This document shows, in pieces, positions 13,613 to 26,422 of a stretch of 64,000 nt of DNA. Position numbers and translations under genes: made by a program. Under the pieces are notes generated by a model. It was not told where the DNA came from and made no database searches. It saw only the letters and a list, made by a program, of their open reading frames with translations. The DNA lies in assembly GCA_973895155.1 (NCBI GenBank), contig OZ316892.1, positions 6,064,747 to 6,128,746 of the forward strand, given 5' to 3'. Every line of letters starts with the position of its first letter. The first letter of the stretch is position 1. Origin of the DNA: Marsupella aquatica (Eukaryota; Plantae; Marchantiophyta).

Positions 13613-15174
13613 AACATCCTGCTGCAACACCTCAATATCCAGGTTCTCTTCTCGTTGTGGAACTCCCACAATCAAAGCGCTGAACTGTACTGTTGCGATA
13701 TAAATTCCATTACCTTCTGGGGCAACAATGCACAATGCCACCGTTCCGGCCGGTTGTGAGACCTTTTTGGTAAGAGAATAAACGAGGAGGGTACAATGTG
13801 TGCAGAAGGACGGCAAATCCGTTACCCCAATTTGATCTTGACCCTTCGACAGATTCTATATTTCGAACAACAGAAAGGTGTAACTACTGTGCTCTAACGT
13901 ATTGTAATATATTTGCTATCCGTCTGCACTTTCTCCCAGAATGTGGTGTTCTCCGCTGGAACGGATTCGAAGATCCCGACTGCTTCCCAGAGCTCTCGTC
14001 AAACGGATAACATTCGTTCCACTTGGACCGAGTTGGAGCATCACCAACAGCCACGAAAGGACAAAACAATTTGAGTTTGCTGTTGACCATGAAGGACATT
14101 ATGTGCCGTCTACAAAACTGTGTATACAAGCAATAGTTTTATATTTTTATGAAGGCATAAAGTGTTTCGAGCGGCCTTGGGCATGATTACGTTCATTGCA
14201 TCGTCTAGCTCTACTTTATTAATATACGGAACAAGGGGAAATTGAAGGAGTAGGAGTGAGAGAGATTTCTTTCCCAGCAGTTTAATCGACGAAGCGGAAT
14301 TCCATGTATGGCGGATAGCGCGTGAGATAAGTGAAGGTTGTTTTGTGTCAAACATCCCGTACATGGAAAACCCTCCATCCCAAAAAATTATTCGAGTACA
14401 ATTCTGACTCCTGACTAAAATTGCGAGCTTCTAATTCTCAGACGCCCCTACAATTTTGACCGCAATATCGGTGGGTTCGTTTTGTGCTGATGGTTTGAAC
14501 GAATTTCTAATCCTGTCTTTTGTGCTGTCCGTGTTATTTCCTATATTAATTTGCAAGATTCAGGTGATCGATATCCCTTTAGTTAATAATGTGCTGCTTC
14601 AGTGTACTCCCGGCACTCTCTTGACATACTGATGACTTCAATTACCACGATCGATATATTCATGTACATCTAGCTGAGCAGTGTCACTATGTGCATTAAA
14701 TATGAGCAGGATTTAACAACTATTTCCTGGGCCTAGTGTCTAGGGCAAAGCCTCTAGATCATAATTCTAAATATAAATTAAGTACTTGCTAAGAGAAGCT
14801 AGAATTGGGTTCTAGAATGGGCTCACCAAAATTTATGTGTATTGGAAAAACCATGGGATATTGTCTTTGTCAAAATGATGATCATGCATGATAATTTTTG
14901 TCATCAGTTTTATTAACATTCAAACAATGGGCATTTAGGCTCCTCCTGCACAGCAATCTGCTAGCCTTGGCTGCTCAAACATTCCATTGGAATCGAATGG
15001 AGGACTGTGCATCTTGGGAGAAACATATGGGTATGCCTTCACCAAGAGGGGGTGCCATCTTCATGGTGAACTGTAGGACAAAGGACACAAAAAACTCGAC
15101 TGTGTTGCTACAAGTAAGTGTGTTGTGCAGAAATTGTATGATTGGGAGTGGCACACTGCCTTGTACTAGCAAAG

Positions 15175-15510
15175 ATGGCAGACTCGACAAGAGGCAACAA
15201 TTTCTCATCTGCAGAGTTGAAGAAGTTGGTTTGTTCATGGATGCACATCTTGCGTGAACCCATCATCAAATTTGGGCAAAAGAATGAAGCTACTTGGGAT
15301 CCAACAACAATACACTACAACAACACTCAACCAACTTAAGGACACACGGATTGCAAAGAAGAACTGGCCCAGGGAACTGGCGATCTTTGGAGAGCAAGTG
15401 GAGAAACTTGAAATACAATGTTACCAAGCTTTTTTACTCTCATCATGCATTCTAGTGAGAACGTGGAAGACACTATGGCCAGGGCAAAGGAGTTGTATGT
15501 GAAAAAGTAG
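15175..15510 (+). mobile_element. Decayed Myb/SANT-like ORF of the type carried by PIF/Harbinger transposons
   Basis: RGNNFSSAELKKLVCSWMHILREPII..GQKNEATW...HYNN, then (frameshifted) WRSLESKWRNLKYNVTK and SSENVEDTMARAKELY. This matches the recalled consensus of Harbinger Myb-like / NAM-associated proteins. It contains a stop and frameshifts. Confidence 0.7.
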
Positions 15511-16659
15511 CGAACAAATAAGACATTAGTCACATTGGTCACCTAAATATCGAGAATTGGTTCTATTATAGATAACAAGCCCCTTGCCAATGCGTTGTAC
15601 AATTATCATTTCAGTCATTTCATTGCTGCAATCAAGTTACCATTGTGGCTTTTTATTCTTGCAGCCATGATTGTATCGTTGATCAATGATATTGTTGCAA
15701 TTCTTTTTTTATGATATGTCCAAATGATTTTAAATGTAATGTTGAGCCTACTTAAATTTTTATTTTAGACCCACTTACCCGTGATAGCCACATGTCAACT
15801 CACCGCTCAATTTCAAATGACCTTGAGATTGAATTTTATGGATTTGAGTGTGTGAGTCTACTCTAGGTGTGGGTGGAGAATCCCCAAGTTAGGATTTGCT
15901 GTTTATTATGCTTTTCACCAGATCTTATGGCCAGGAATACCAAGAGGGGGCCCAAAAGGTCTTCTCATTCTATACAATGCACAATGGCAAAAAGAGGTCC
16001 ACCCAAAGTGTCACCCTGACAAGTCTCTCCTGCAGAAAAATTTGGTATACTCTCTTGTAGGGGCGCAATGGCTGTATAAGAAGGTTCTCCAAACCATAAA
16101 AACGTAACCACCACATGGGATAAGTGAGTGCCTGGACGTCAAGATCGGTTGCCCTCAAAGCACAAAACATGGCTTCTTGTGATAATGTTTTGAAAGCATT
16201 AGACATTTACCTGGAGGACGACCAATCAAGGTGGAGATCCAGGGTTGCAAATAACCACAATGACCGTCTCACAACCTCCAAGAACGCCAACTGCAAACTA
16301 ATGCGGAACCATACTATGGCGACTGTGCGAGATACAAGACGAATAAAATTTCTCCAATTTATAGCAATTGAGCAAACTCCTGTGGAATTTTAGCCATGGC
16401 TATCAACAAGATGCGCCCAAAATTTAAGAGACTAGAGTAGACACATGCCCCGCTACAATACACTTACGGAAATAAAAATTGGAAAACCTAACAAAGGATC
16501 CTCAAGTGGGTCCTGGACTGTATCATGAAAATGCTCATAGACATAGCTAGATGGGCCCCTGGCTAGCCAAACAATGAGGAGCATGGAGTAAGACAGAGGT
16601 GACATGATCCCTACTAGACCCAATACTTGACTGTGTGACACAAAACAATCCACAACAAT

Positions 16660-17030
16660 CCAAACAAAGAATTGGGCACTACAAGAAATCCCTAGAGAAA
16701 TCTAATCCTTGAAGTATAACTTTGATGACACTTGACATTGGAGCCGAGCTTTATATCTATCTTACTTGCCTTGACAAAAGCTTTCCAAGGTAGTTGAAAA
16801 ATACAGAATCTGCTAACCATCAATGAAGATATGACCCAAAACAATCCCCAGAAATTCAAATAAAGAATTGGCCACTATAAGAAACATTTTCCAAACAAAA
16901 CTTTGGCAATACTTGACCATTTGAGCCACACTTTACATCAATCTTACTTGCCTTAACGAGAGCTTTCCATAACAGCCGGAAAAACCAGAATCTGTTAAGT
17001 ACTGACACAGATACTACCCAAACATTCTGT
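16660..17030. repeat. Degenerate tandem duplication, period ~185-195 bp
   Basis: Shared blocks aaagaattgg.cacta.aagaaa, atcttacttgcctt.ac..agctttcca and cagaatctg..aa each occur twice. Confidence 0.65.
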
Positions 17031-17203
17031 AATGGAACAAAGAAACCGTTGTTGCAAACTTCTTCCAAACTTTTAGAAGGTTAGCTAAACCTCAATGGCA
17101 TGAGCTGGTAACTTAAGAGTGGGTGAAGGTTTCTTAGTGAATTATTGATTGATATATTTAAATGAATTCCATTCGGATTTTTTTTAATTTACATGGCGGT
17201 CTA

Positions 17204-17534
17204 CTGTCTTCCTCAGAACACAGTGCCCGAGCGTTGTGTTCAAATATTGGCGTTGTGTTTGAGTTGGACAATGTGTTTGAGATTTGACCCTGAACTATTC
17301 TACATTGAGCACAAAAAGTAAAAAATTCAAGAATTATATTCTAATTCAATATTCAAACACAATGCCCATTTTCAAAGACAGTGCCCATTTTCAAACACAG
17401 TGCCCTGAAAATACAAAAATGAAAACACATAGTCAAAACTTGAATACAATGCCCCAGGTGCATTATTTGAATAGAGTGCCCCATGGCCCAATATTCGAAT
17501 ACAAGGCCATGGCGTTGTGTTTGGGGGAAGACGG
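17204..17534. mobile_element. Tc1/mariner (pogo-like) MITE, copy 1
   Basis: TA|CTGTCTTCCTCAGAACACAGTGCC ... GGCGTTGTGTTTGGGGGAAGACGG|TA. Imperfect ~24-bp TIRs, a TA on both sides, no coding capacity, and an interior homologous to copies 2 and 3. Confidence 0.88.
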
Positions 17535-18073
17535 TAGCCTCCAAATATTTGTAGGGTCCTCTGGGAGCCCGTCTGGGAGTAGCCTATAAAGCTTGTTTAC
17601 TTATTTTAGTACATTCTTTCACTTGTTCTTTTGGAACTAAGGAACATTCAAACCTATCCTAATAACAAAAAAACCTGATTAAGTGATCCTACACTACGAG
17701 CTAAATTGTCAAAAGGTATGGGGCATATGTTACTTTAGGTCCTTGAACCGGTAACCATCTGTTGGCTAACCTAGCCTCGTCCGTCCCTCGGGACCAACAA
17801 GGGATAGTAGAGGAATAGTTGTCTGTTGTCCATTGATTAAGCCTTTCAGCCTGATCTTAGACCCTCACTGTCCCTCAATGGAAAACCTTGTAGAGGAACC
17901 CTTAGGTTTTGGGGGGCATTTATTAGGGGGTCTAAAACCTCAAAAGTTGATGGACCTTCACTTAGTAGTTAAGGTTATGGACAAAAGAATTATGAACTAC
18001 CAACATTATGATCCCTAACTTTTTGCCATAAAGATTGGTCATATGCCATGACCATAAGTCATTGTAGACGCTA

Positions 18074-18533
18074 CTGTCTTCCCCCGAACACAACGCTCGG
18101 GTGTTGTGTTCAAAAATGTTATCTTTTAGCTAGGTCTCCATAAGAAAAAATATTTTTTTTCTTCAAACACAATGTCATTTTAACACAGTGCCCGGGCGTC
18201 GTGTTCGAATATTGGCGCTGTGACATTTGAGTTGGACACTGAGTTTAAGATTTGACCCTAAACTGTTCTGCATTGAGCACAACTAGTAAAAAATTCAAGA
18301 ATCATATGCCAATGCCAATATTCAAACACAATGTCAATATCTGAACACAACACCCATTTCAAACACAACGTCAATATCTGAACACAACACCCATTTCAAA
18401 CACAACGCCCTGCAAATACAAAAAATGAAAACACATCACCAAAACTCAAATACAACGGCCCGGGCGCACTATTTGAATAGAGCGCCCCATGGCCCACATA
18501 CAAGGCCATGACGTTGTGCTCGGAAGAAGACGG
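18074..18533. mobile_element. Tc1/mariner (pogo-like) MITE, copy 2
   Basis: TA|CTGTCTTCCCCCGAACACAACGC ... ACGTTGTGCTCGGAAGAAGACGG|TT. The interior is shared with copy 1 (gagttggaca, tttgaccct, aaatacaaaaa.tgaaaacaca, ccccatggccc) and has an internal ~39-bp tandem duplication. Confidence 0.88.
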
Positions 18534-18539
18534 TTGTGG

Positions 18540-18916
18540 GAAAAAATTACATAACCTTTGTGAAGAGACTCTTTCATTGAACCAACCGCATTCTGACTAT
18601 GGCCGGCAGAATTATATTGCTGAAACATGTGCCCCGGGCCATCCCCACGTATCATCTGATGACTTTGGAACTTCAGCAAACTGGATACAAAGAGCTCCAG
18701 AAACTGTACAGACGGTTTTTCTGGGGATCCTCTTCCGCTAATGGCTACAAGAAAGCCTTGATCGCTTGGAAGGACATTACTGTCCCGAAATGGGTGGGAG
18801 GTCTGGGGATCCTCCCCTTTGCTGAACAGGCACAAGCAGTGAAAATGAGACATCTCTTGTGGAGAGCCAAGGGTGAAGGCTGGATGAAAGCATTTCTTGC
18901 AATGACGCTAGGGTAA
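18540..18916 (+). mobile_element. L1-type LINE ORF2 fragment (region downstream of the reverse transcriptase core)
   Basis: AGRIILLKHVPRAIPTYHL...YRRFFWG...ALIAWKDITVPKWVGGLGI matches the plant L1 consensus xGRxxLxKxVLxxxPxY...RxFLW...VxWxxVCxPKxxGGLG. Confidence 0.85.
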
Positions 18917-18963
18917 ACCCAGGAAACTTTCCCCTAACTCTGCCTTGGCAATAAAACCATCTG

Positions 18964-19090
18964 TACACCTGTTTTCAACCTTGTCTGTTTTCAACACCTG
19001 TTTTCGACCTTGTCTATTTTCAACACCTGTTTTCAACTGTGCCTTTCCCTTTTTTGAACTGTGCCTTTCCCTTTTTTGAACTGTGCCTTT
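18964..19090. repeat. Nested short tandem repeats
   Basis: acacctgttttc(a/g)ac occurs three times with period ~29, followed by aactgtgcctttcccttttttg-type units three times with period ~22. Confidence 0.8.
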
Positions 19091-19222
19091 TGTCAAATGT
19101 GCCGTCGTGGCGAAGGTGGGATACTGATGGGAGGACGAGATACTGATTGGAGCAGATGCTGTTGTCAAACGATATCGATATCCGCTTTCCCCCGATCGTT
19201 TGGCGTGTGATGAGGGCCGCAT

Positions 19223-19456
19223 TGTTGGGCCTGCTACATTCCCCTACCACGGATGATACCCCCAATCAGGATTCTATATAATGGGCAATTGAGAAGTTTG
19301 TCTTCTGAATCTTCAGTCGGCCTGACTACTGAGAGAGAGTGTTGGGCCTGCTACATTCCCCTACCACCGATGATACCCCCAATCAGGATTCTATCGAATG
19401 GGCAATTGGGAAGTTTGTCATCTGAATCTTCACTCGGCCTGACTGCTGAGAGAGAG
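19223..19456 (+). promoter_or_regulatory. 117-bp tandem duplication covering the probable DXS core promoter
   Basis: Units start at 19223 and 19340. Unit 1 has TATATAA at 19275-19281, while unit 2 has TATCGAA at the equivalent site. Each unit ends in GA repeats. The block lies 135-370 bp upstream of the DXS ATG. Confidence 0.7.
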
Positions 19457-19591
19457 GGATAGACAGGAAGATACGACTTGGGTTGGGGTGGGAAGAATTT
19501 GAGCTCCTTCATCGCACTGGAAGAGAGAGGACGAACTGTAGGGGGCTGAGGTGCATACGGGCGAGATCAGGAGGGAGCGACCGCTTAAGAA

Positions 19592-22500
19592 ATGGCGAGT
19601 GGAGTGGTGGCTACGACGGTAGGACTGCCGATCAATGGCAGTGCTTCTGCAGCTGTACCATCGATGTCCGGAAAGACTAAGATTGGGAAAACGTTTGTGG
19701 GGCTCCGGAATGTGACAACGGAGGGTGGTCATGGAAGGAAGAGGACTGTGTTCTCTGCGCCTGGTGTGGGTGGCTCACAGGTGAGCCTTTTCCCTGCTGG
19801 AATTGAAGTATCTATCTACAACGTTATACTACTTAGATTTGATGGTTGAGGGGAAATCGGTTAACAGGCTAGGATATGACCTTCACGGGTGGTGACAGAT
19901 GTTAACGAGAATAATGTTAGAAGAGCAGCGCGGCTGGTCAGAGATGTTAAAAAGGATGGTGTTAGCAGAGCAGCGTCCCTGTCGATTTTGTTTCTGTGAG
20001 ACAATGTGTGAATTCGCTAGTGTAGCTTTTTAAGGGCGGCTTATAACTCTACGACTATTTGGTCTAATGTGATTCTTAGGCTCAAAAATCGTCTGCTGTC
20101 ACGGCCTCCATCATGAAGGGTGATGGAGCTGAGTACTTCTCGGAGAAGCCGCCAACTCCACTTCTGGACACGATCAGCTATCCTATTCACATGAAAAATC
20201 TGTCCGTGAAGGTGAGTTTCTCTTATCGCACTCATGAAGGCTTCTATCATCGCGTGTGTGGGAAGCGGTATAGCAATTCTTGCCTCCTCATCCTCTTTTA
20301 GTGGCAGGATTGAAGCTGAATTTTCGTTGCTACTTTTGCGGTCTTCCTTCTAATCCCTCTGGCTGGAGTGGGGATTGTAGGAGCTGATGCAGTTGGCAGA
20401 CGAACTCAGGGCGGAGACCATCTTTTCGGTGTCCAGTACCGGAGGTCATTTGGGATCCAGCCTTGGAGTTGTGGAGCTCACCGTTGCTCTCCATCATGTG
20501 TTTAACGCTCCAGCTGATAAGATTCTTTGGGACGTAGGACATCAGGCAAGTCCATTTCCTCGAGTAGTGTACCGGTTGGGCATCCATACGAGCGATATAT
20601 ACCTTCGCAATCATGGTCGCTCCCGTTCTTTGTACGGCAGGTCTTAGCGGTGTCACTCCTTTGTGTCCGTCATTTGTAGGTTGTTCTAAAAAAAACACAC
20701 CTCCATCCGTTGCAGAATACTAGTTTTGTGGCCACAGAAATTGAGGCGCACAAGTTTATGCAATTCGATGGGAGGTTTACCTATGCCAACGGTTTTGCCA
20801 GAAGCGGCTTGTAGAATACATGATGCATTCATCTTCCTCTCTCATATCTATAGCTCACAGCTATAGTTTGTGTAGTCCTCGCTGCAATGTATGCCGTAAT
20901 TGCAGTGTGGGTTGTGCCCTTTCGGAACCAGTAGGAATGAGGAGCCTAGATGGGGTTCGGTTTTGCCAGAAGCGGCTTGATTAATGCAAGATGCATTCAT
21001 CTTCCTCTCCGATATCTATAGCTCAAATTTTGTGTAGTCTCCGCTGCAATGTATGCCGTAATTGCAGTGTGTTGTAGGTTGTGTCCTTTTGGAACCAGTA
21101 GCAAAGAGGAATCTAGATGGGCTTCCCTGGATGTGGAAGAGGCCATAGCATTTTCGGACGACGGGGATCCCATGTTGAATCGGTGTATCCTCTGTGAGAC
21201 ACGGTGGCTTGACCTATCGAGTAAATTGAATATGTTTCCCTTCGTCGTCCAGATTTTGGTCCAACTTCGCTACTGAATTTTGAATGTATTTCCATGCAGA
21301 CATACCCCCATAAGATCCTGACAGGGAGAAGAGGGAAAATGCACACTATCCGACAGACGAACGGTATTTCGGGTTTCACCAAACGCGCAGAGAGTGAATA
21401 TGATGCTTTTGGTGCAGGCCACAGTTCCACAAGTATTTCGGCCGGCCTAGGTAAAATCAGTCTTAAAGCGTTATTTTAATTCTCGAGTCTTGTCTAAACT
21501 GGTTGTTTACTCCCCTACTACGTGTCCTTTGCCCGCCGCGAAAATTCTTTTACTTTGATAACGTAGTCATACTTGCAGCCCTAGCTGGCCGTGGCAAATC
21601 TTGTCGATTCAAATGACTTCCTATCATTTACAATGCGTATTATTTCCAGAAGATCTCTACTGAACCCAGGTCATTTGCCTTCTGGTCATGAAGTTTTGGG
21701 TGAGCGTAATTCTCGTATCTCAGTGAGCTGCAATATTTTCCTCTCATGCTTTTCTGCTACTTACCAATTCTGGTGTGTCTCCGTTGGCCAGGTATGGCGG
21801 TCGGTCGGGATTTCCAAGGGAGAAACAACCAAGTAATTTCGGTTATTGGAGACGGAGCGATGACTGCAGGACAAGCATACGAGGCTATGAACAATGCGGG
21901 GTACTTGGACACTAACATGATTGTCATCCTCAACGACAACAAGCAGGTGTCTCTGCCAACAGCTACCCTGGACGGACCTGCTCCCCCAGTGGGAGCTCTC
22001 AGCAGTGCTCTTAGTCGGTTGCAGTCAAGCAGACCCCTTCGAGAACTTCGAGAGGTGGCTAAGGTAATTAGTTAGCCCATCAGAGCTCATCTCTAGTCAT
22101 TGTTGCTAGATGTTTAAGGTGATCATATAGCTCCTCAGCTTGTGGCATTTACATAATGTTGTTTTTGTTCCTAATTATCTTTGTAACAATACGGTATTGT
22201 ATGGAGAACAGTGTTGGCGAAGTAATCATCTAGCTCTTCAGAGCTTCTGATTTGAGCACAATCTTCTCGTTACAATAATTAGGGGACAAACTGTCCATTT
22301 TGAAGCTTGAAGTGTTAGACCTTGAATGAAGATTTTGATCTTATGTTCGTGGCTCTGTGCATCGATGGATGATAACGACAGGGCGTCACGAAGCAAATCG
22401 GGGGACAAGCGCATGCTTTGGCTTCCAAAGTAGACGAGTATGCGCGAGGGATGATCAGTGGATCAGGCTCAACTCTCTTTGAAGAGCTCGGACTCTACTA

Positions 22501-24536
22501 TATTGGTCCTGTTGATGGCCACAACATGGACGATCTAGTTACCATTCTGAAAGAGGTGAAAGCCACTCACACAACCGGCCCTGTGCTGATCCACATCGTC
22601 ACTGAGAAGGGACGCGGCTATCCATATGCAGAAAGAGCTGCTGATAAATATCATGGTATGTTGTTGTTCTTTTCGTTTGGACGAGTGAAAAGTTTGTTAT
22701 CAGGTCATCCTTTCTAGAACTCTTCAATTGGCTGTGCTCTGCAGAAGTGCTGTATTTTAATCACATTGCTGGTTCTTCTTCCCCTGATAGGAGTGGTTAA
22801 ATTTGATCCTGCTACTGGATTGCAAATGAAGGGTGGTGCGTCTCTCACCAAGGCCTACACCACATACTATGCCGAAGCTCTAATTGCTGAGGCTGAGAAG
22901 GACTCAAGCATTATCGCAATCCACGCTGCGATGGGTGGCGGTACAGGCCTCAATTTGTTTAATAAAAGATTTCCGGAGAGGACCTTCGATGTGGGCATTG
23001 CAGAACAGCATGCAGTCACGTTTGCTGCTGGTCTAGCGTGTGAGGGTATGAAGCCATTCTGCACCATCTATTCATCTTTCCTTCAACGAGCTTACGATCA
23101 GGTAATTTCCCCATTCACTGCCTACCGCTTGGATGAATTGCGTTGCGTCGGATGTTGACAAGTCTTATTTGATCTCCTGACTTTAGTACATGCTTGTTTT
23201 CCAAAGAATCGTCGAATCTCTTTTGGCTGCACAGAAGAGTACTGGAGGTGAGGCATTAGCACGATGATCTGTTTGAAGTCTGTCGATGGGCTTTGTTGTG
23301 AATGAATCCCTCATACAGCTCTCCATTGCTTCTAGATGTACTAGCTTGTTTCGGTTATGCTACCGCTTTTTGTTTGTTAGCAATGATGTTGGAGCTTTAG
23401 ATAATCTCCTCTGTGGGCAGATGACACATGGTTCAAGACTTAGTTTGACTGTGTATCTTTGACTGTGCCCAGGTTGCACATGACGTCGATCTTCAGAAGC
23501 TTCCGGTCAGATTTGCAATGGACCGTGCAGGTTTGGTCGGTGCAGATGGACCTACCCACTGCGGTGCATTCGATGTGACTTACATGGCATGCCTGCCTAA
23601 TATTGTAGTGATGGCACCTGCTGACGAAGCAGAGCTCTTCCACATGGTTGCTACTGCTGCTCAGATTGACGATCGCCCCAGTTGTTTCCGGTATCCAAGA
23701 GGAAACGGAGTTGGAGTACCACTGCCTCCAGGGAACAAGGGAATTCCCCTAGAGGTGATCCATTAGTACCTTCATACAAGAGCTGCCACACTGCTAACAC
23801 AAATCTACAACTGCCGTAAAATGAGAGTGGGAAAGATTGGAAAGCTTTCTGGTCTGGAGTTGACATTTATTGCCTGAATGTGTATTGCCTTCCTGAAGAT
23901 AACGAAGTGTGTTTCGATTCTGCAGATCGGCAAGGGGAGGATATTGGTGGAAGGGACGCAGGTGGCGCTGCTGGGATACGGAACAATGGTGCAGAATTGC
24001 CTCGATGCACAAAAATTACTCACCGAATATGGATTATCGGTCACAGTTGCCGATGCTCGGTTTTGCAAGCCCCTAGACCGAGAGTTAATTCGACAATTAG
24101 CAAGGGAACATTCCGTGCTCATTACTGTCGAGGAGGGTTCTATTGGAGGGTTTGGATCACACGTCGCCCAGTTTATGGCTCTTGACGGCCTTCTTGATGG
24201 CAAATTGAAGGTGAGAAGCCTTCCCGAGCCTTTATTACATTCTCCCCTGGATTAACACCTCCTGCGCCATTTTCTTATGATCGCCAGCTTGAGATTCCAA
24301 TTATATTGTCTTATTCCAAGTTGTTGAAGCTTCACTTTGGACACACCGAGTTGGTTGACATATTTGTTTTGGTCTCGCGTGCGCAGTGGAGGCCGCTGGT
24401 ACTTCCGGACAGATACATTGAGCATGGATCGCCAAAGGATCAATTAGTGCAGGCTGGGTTGAGCGCTTCGCATATTGCTGCAACAGCCTTGAACATCATC
24501 GGCAAAACGAGGGAGGCTATGATCGTCATGTCTTAG
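19592..24536 (+). CDS. DXS: 1-deoxy-D-xylulose-5-phosphate synthase, plastid MEP pathway; 10 exons
   Basis: Exons 19592-19780, 20080-20211, 20381-20545, 21300-21450, 21792-22063, 22382-22655, 22791-23101, 23473-23754, 23926-24210 and 24387-24536 join in frame. Features: transit-peptide-like N-terminus, [30 protein letters not shown] motif [36 protein letters not shown] and [10 protein letters not shown]. Confidence 0.98.
20790..21121. repeat. 168-bp tandem duplication inside DXS intron 3
   Basis: cggttttgccagaagcggcttg...gatgcattcatcttcctct...cgctgcaatgtatgccgtaattgcagtgtg...ggaaccagtag...ctagatggg occurs at 20790 and 20958. Confidence 0.9.
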
Positions 24537-25359
24537 CTTCTCCTGGACAATTGCAAAAAATCGCACAATTTGGTGCAGATCTCCATCTGTCGACGTCTTA
24601 GATTTGAACTCGGTTTTACAGTAGAATATTGCAGTGGATTAGATCCTCAAGGAGACCTTTTGTCGATCTATCCACCACCTACTGTCACCATCAGCTGGAT
24701 TGAATCCCTAAACTCGAGTGTCGTGTATAGAAAATATCTTTCATAACTTCATCTTACCATTTTTTGCCACCGAGCATGCCCCTAGTGTTACTCCAAATCG
24801 AACGACCGCCCACGTAGCACAACGAGGTTGTAGATTTGGGATGAATAAATTAGTTAGACCTTAACTGGAGTAGTGGTAGACTAGGATGCCAGGGGGCCCT
24901 ACCGATTGGATCACTCGAATCCGAATTGTTGTTCCGAGTTTCTCTTCAAGAGCAAGCTTGAATTGATCGTCGACTAAACTACCAACTGGCTGAAAATCCC
25001 TCTCGACATCATCGCGTTTCTTGCTCAGATTCTCTTCAGATTGCACCATGTTGTCCCAATACAGCACAAACCCGGCACTTCGTCAAATTCTGGCAATCTA
25101 GACTAGCGGGATTAGCTGCAATGGACTGTGAGCCAACTCGGATTGTGCTGGATGGATTGGAAAGTATTGTGAATGGACAACCATGACCGTCTACCTGAGG
25201 TGCAGGAATGAATGTAGATGGATGCAACAATATGTGCACCTTCCCCGTTACTCTCTCCGTCCTGGAATAATCCCCTCGAACTCTATCGTCTGGTCTGGTT
25301 CTCTCGTTTCAGAGTCCAAAGTTTCGGCTCTGGGTGGAGAACGCTACCTGGAGGAGAGA

Positions 25360-25716
25360 ATGCTTCGATTCATTCAGAATCACCTCACTTTCTAAATCTG
25401 TCTAAATAACAAGCTCCATGCAACATTCACAACCTCGCACATGTCACTGGAAAACTCGACTCTTGAGGCACGATATTGAGCGCATGCTTCGATTCATTCA
25501 GAATCAACGCACTTTCTAAATCTGTCTAAATCACAAGCTCCGTGCAACATTCACAACCTCGCACATGTCACTGGAACACTCGACTCTTGAGGCGTGATAT
25601 TGAGCAAATGCTTCGATTCATTCAGAATCAGCTCACTTTCTAAATGACAAGCAGCTCCGTGCAACATTCACAACCTCCCACATGTCACTCGCAAACTCTA
25701 CTGTGGAGGCATGACA
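25360..25716. repeat. Three-copy 124-bp tandem repeat
   Basis: atgcttcgattcattcagaatca units start at 25360, 25484 and 25608. The third copy is more diverged. Confidence 0.92.
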
Positions 25717-26422
25717 TGTTATGTTTCCCTTCCAAAGATAACATGCAAACATACAATTGACTGGGCCATCTGATTCATACTCTCAAGGTCAAATGCAGCA
25801 AATGAGAATGTTTGTTTTTGTCTTTGAACTAATGTTGTTTTGGGCCAATTGATTTCTTACTATCAAGCTGAAAAAGGGACAAAAGAACGTTTGTCTCGGA
25901 AGATGATGTTGTGGGATGTTGTCATAGCCAACATTTGGCTCCAGAGTGTGCACACCAAAAAGACTAAATAGTCAGCTTGTTACCATGTACATGAGGGAAG
26001 GTAGAGGGGGGTTAGGATCTTCAACAATGAGTCAGCAATGAGCAGATTCCAGGGAGGGGAGGGGAGGGGAGGGGAGGGGATCACTTCCCCTCCAACACCC
26101 CGTTACCTGCAAAAAAGTATAGGCATTTTTTAGTTAGTTTTTTGACAAGATATACTATTTCTTGTGGAAGAGCAATAGAGATAGTTTGTTCTTATGGCTT
26201 CTAAGTACGAAAGTTTGAGGTATATTGTTAAGATATATCCCAGTATAATACAAGATGTCACCTGTCACCATACAATAGGTCCATATTTCACATAGTTACT
26301 CTAAGCTGTAGTATAAACCATCAAGTGGGTCTGGGTTTGATGGATGGTAAGTGGAGGCCTTCCAATACAGGTGCCAAAATATGAGGAAATAGAGACTTTG
26401 TGGGAGGCAAAGATGCAACTAA

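Noticed and set aside
16677-16690. CACTACAAGAAA resembling an En/Spm terminal repeat
   Set aside because: It lies inside a tandem duplication with the same upstream flank in both copies, and there is no partner end or 3-bp TSD.
24861-25350. Small minus-strand gene convergent with DXS
   Set aside because: Short fragments with stops in all frames, no recognisable domain and no consistent exon chain.
25360-25716. Tandem arrays (also 51226, 57100, 62960) as CRISPR arrays
   Set aside because: Whole units repeat with no unique spacers, there are no cas genes and the context is eukaryotic.
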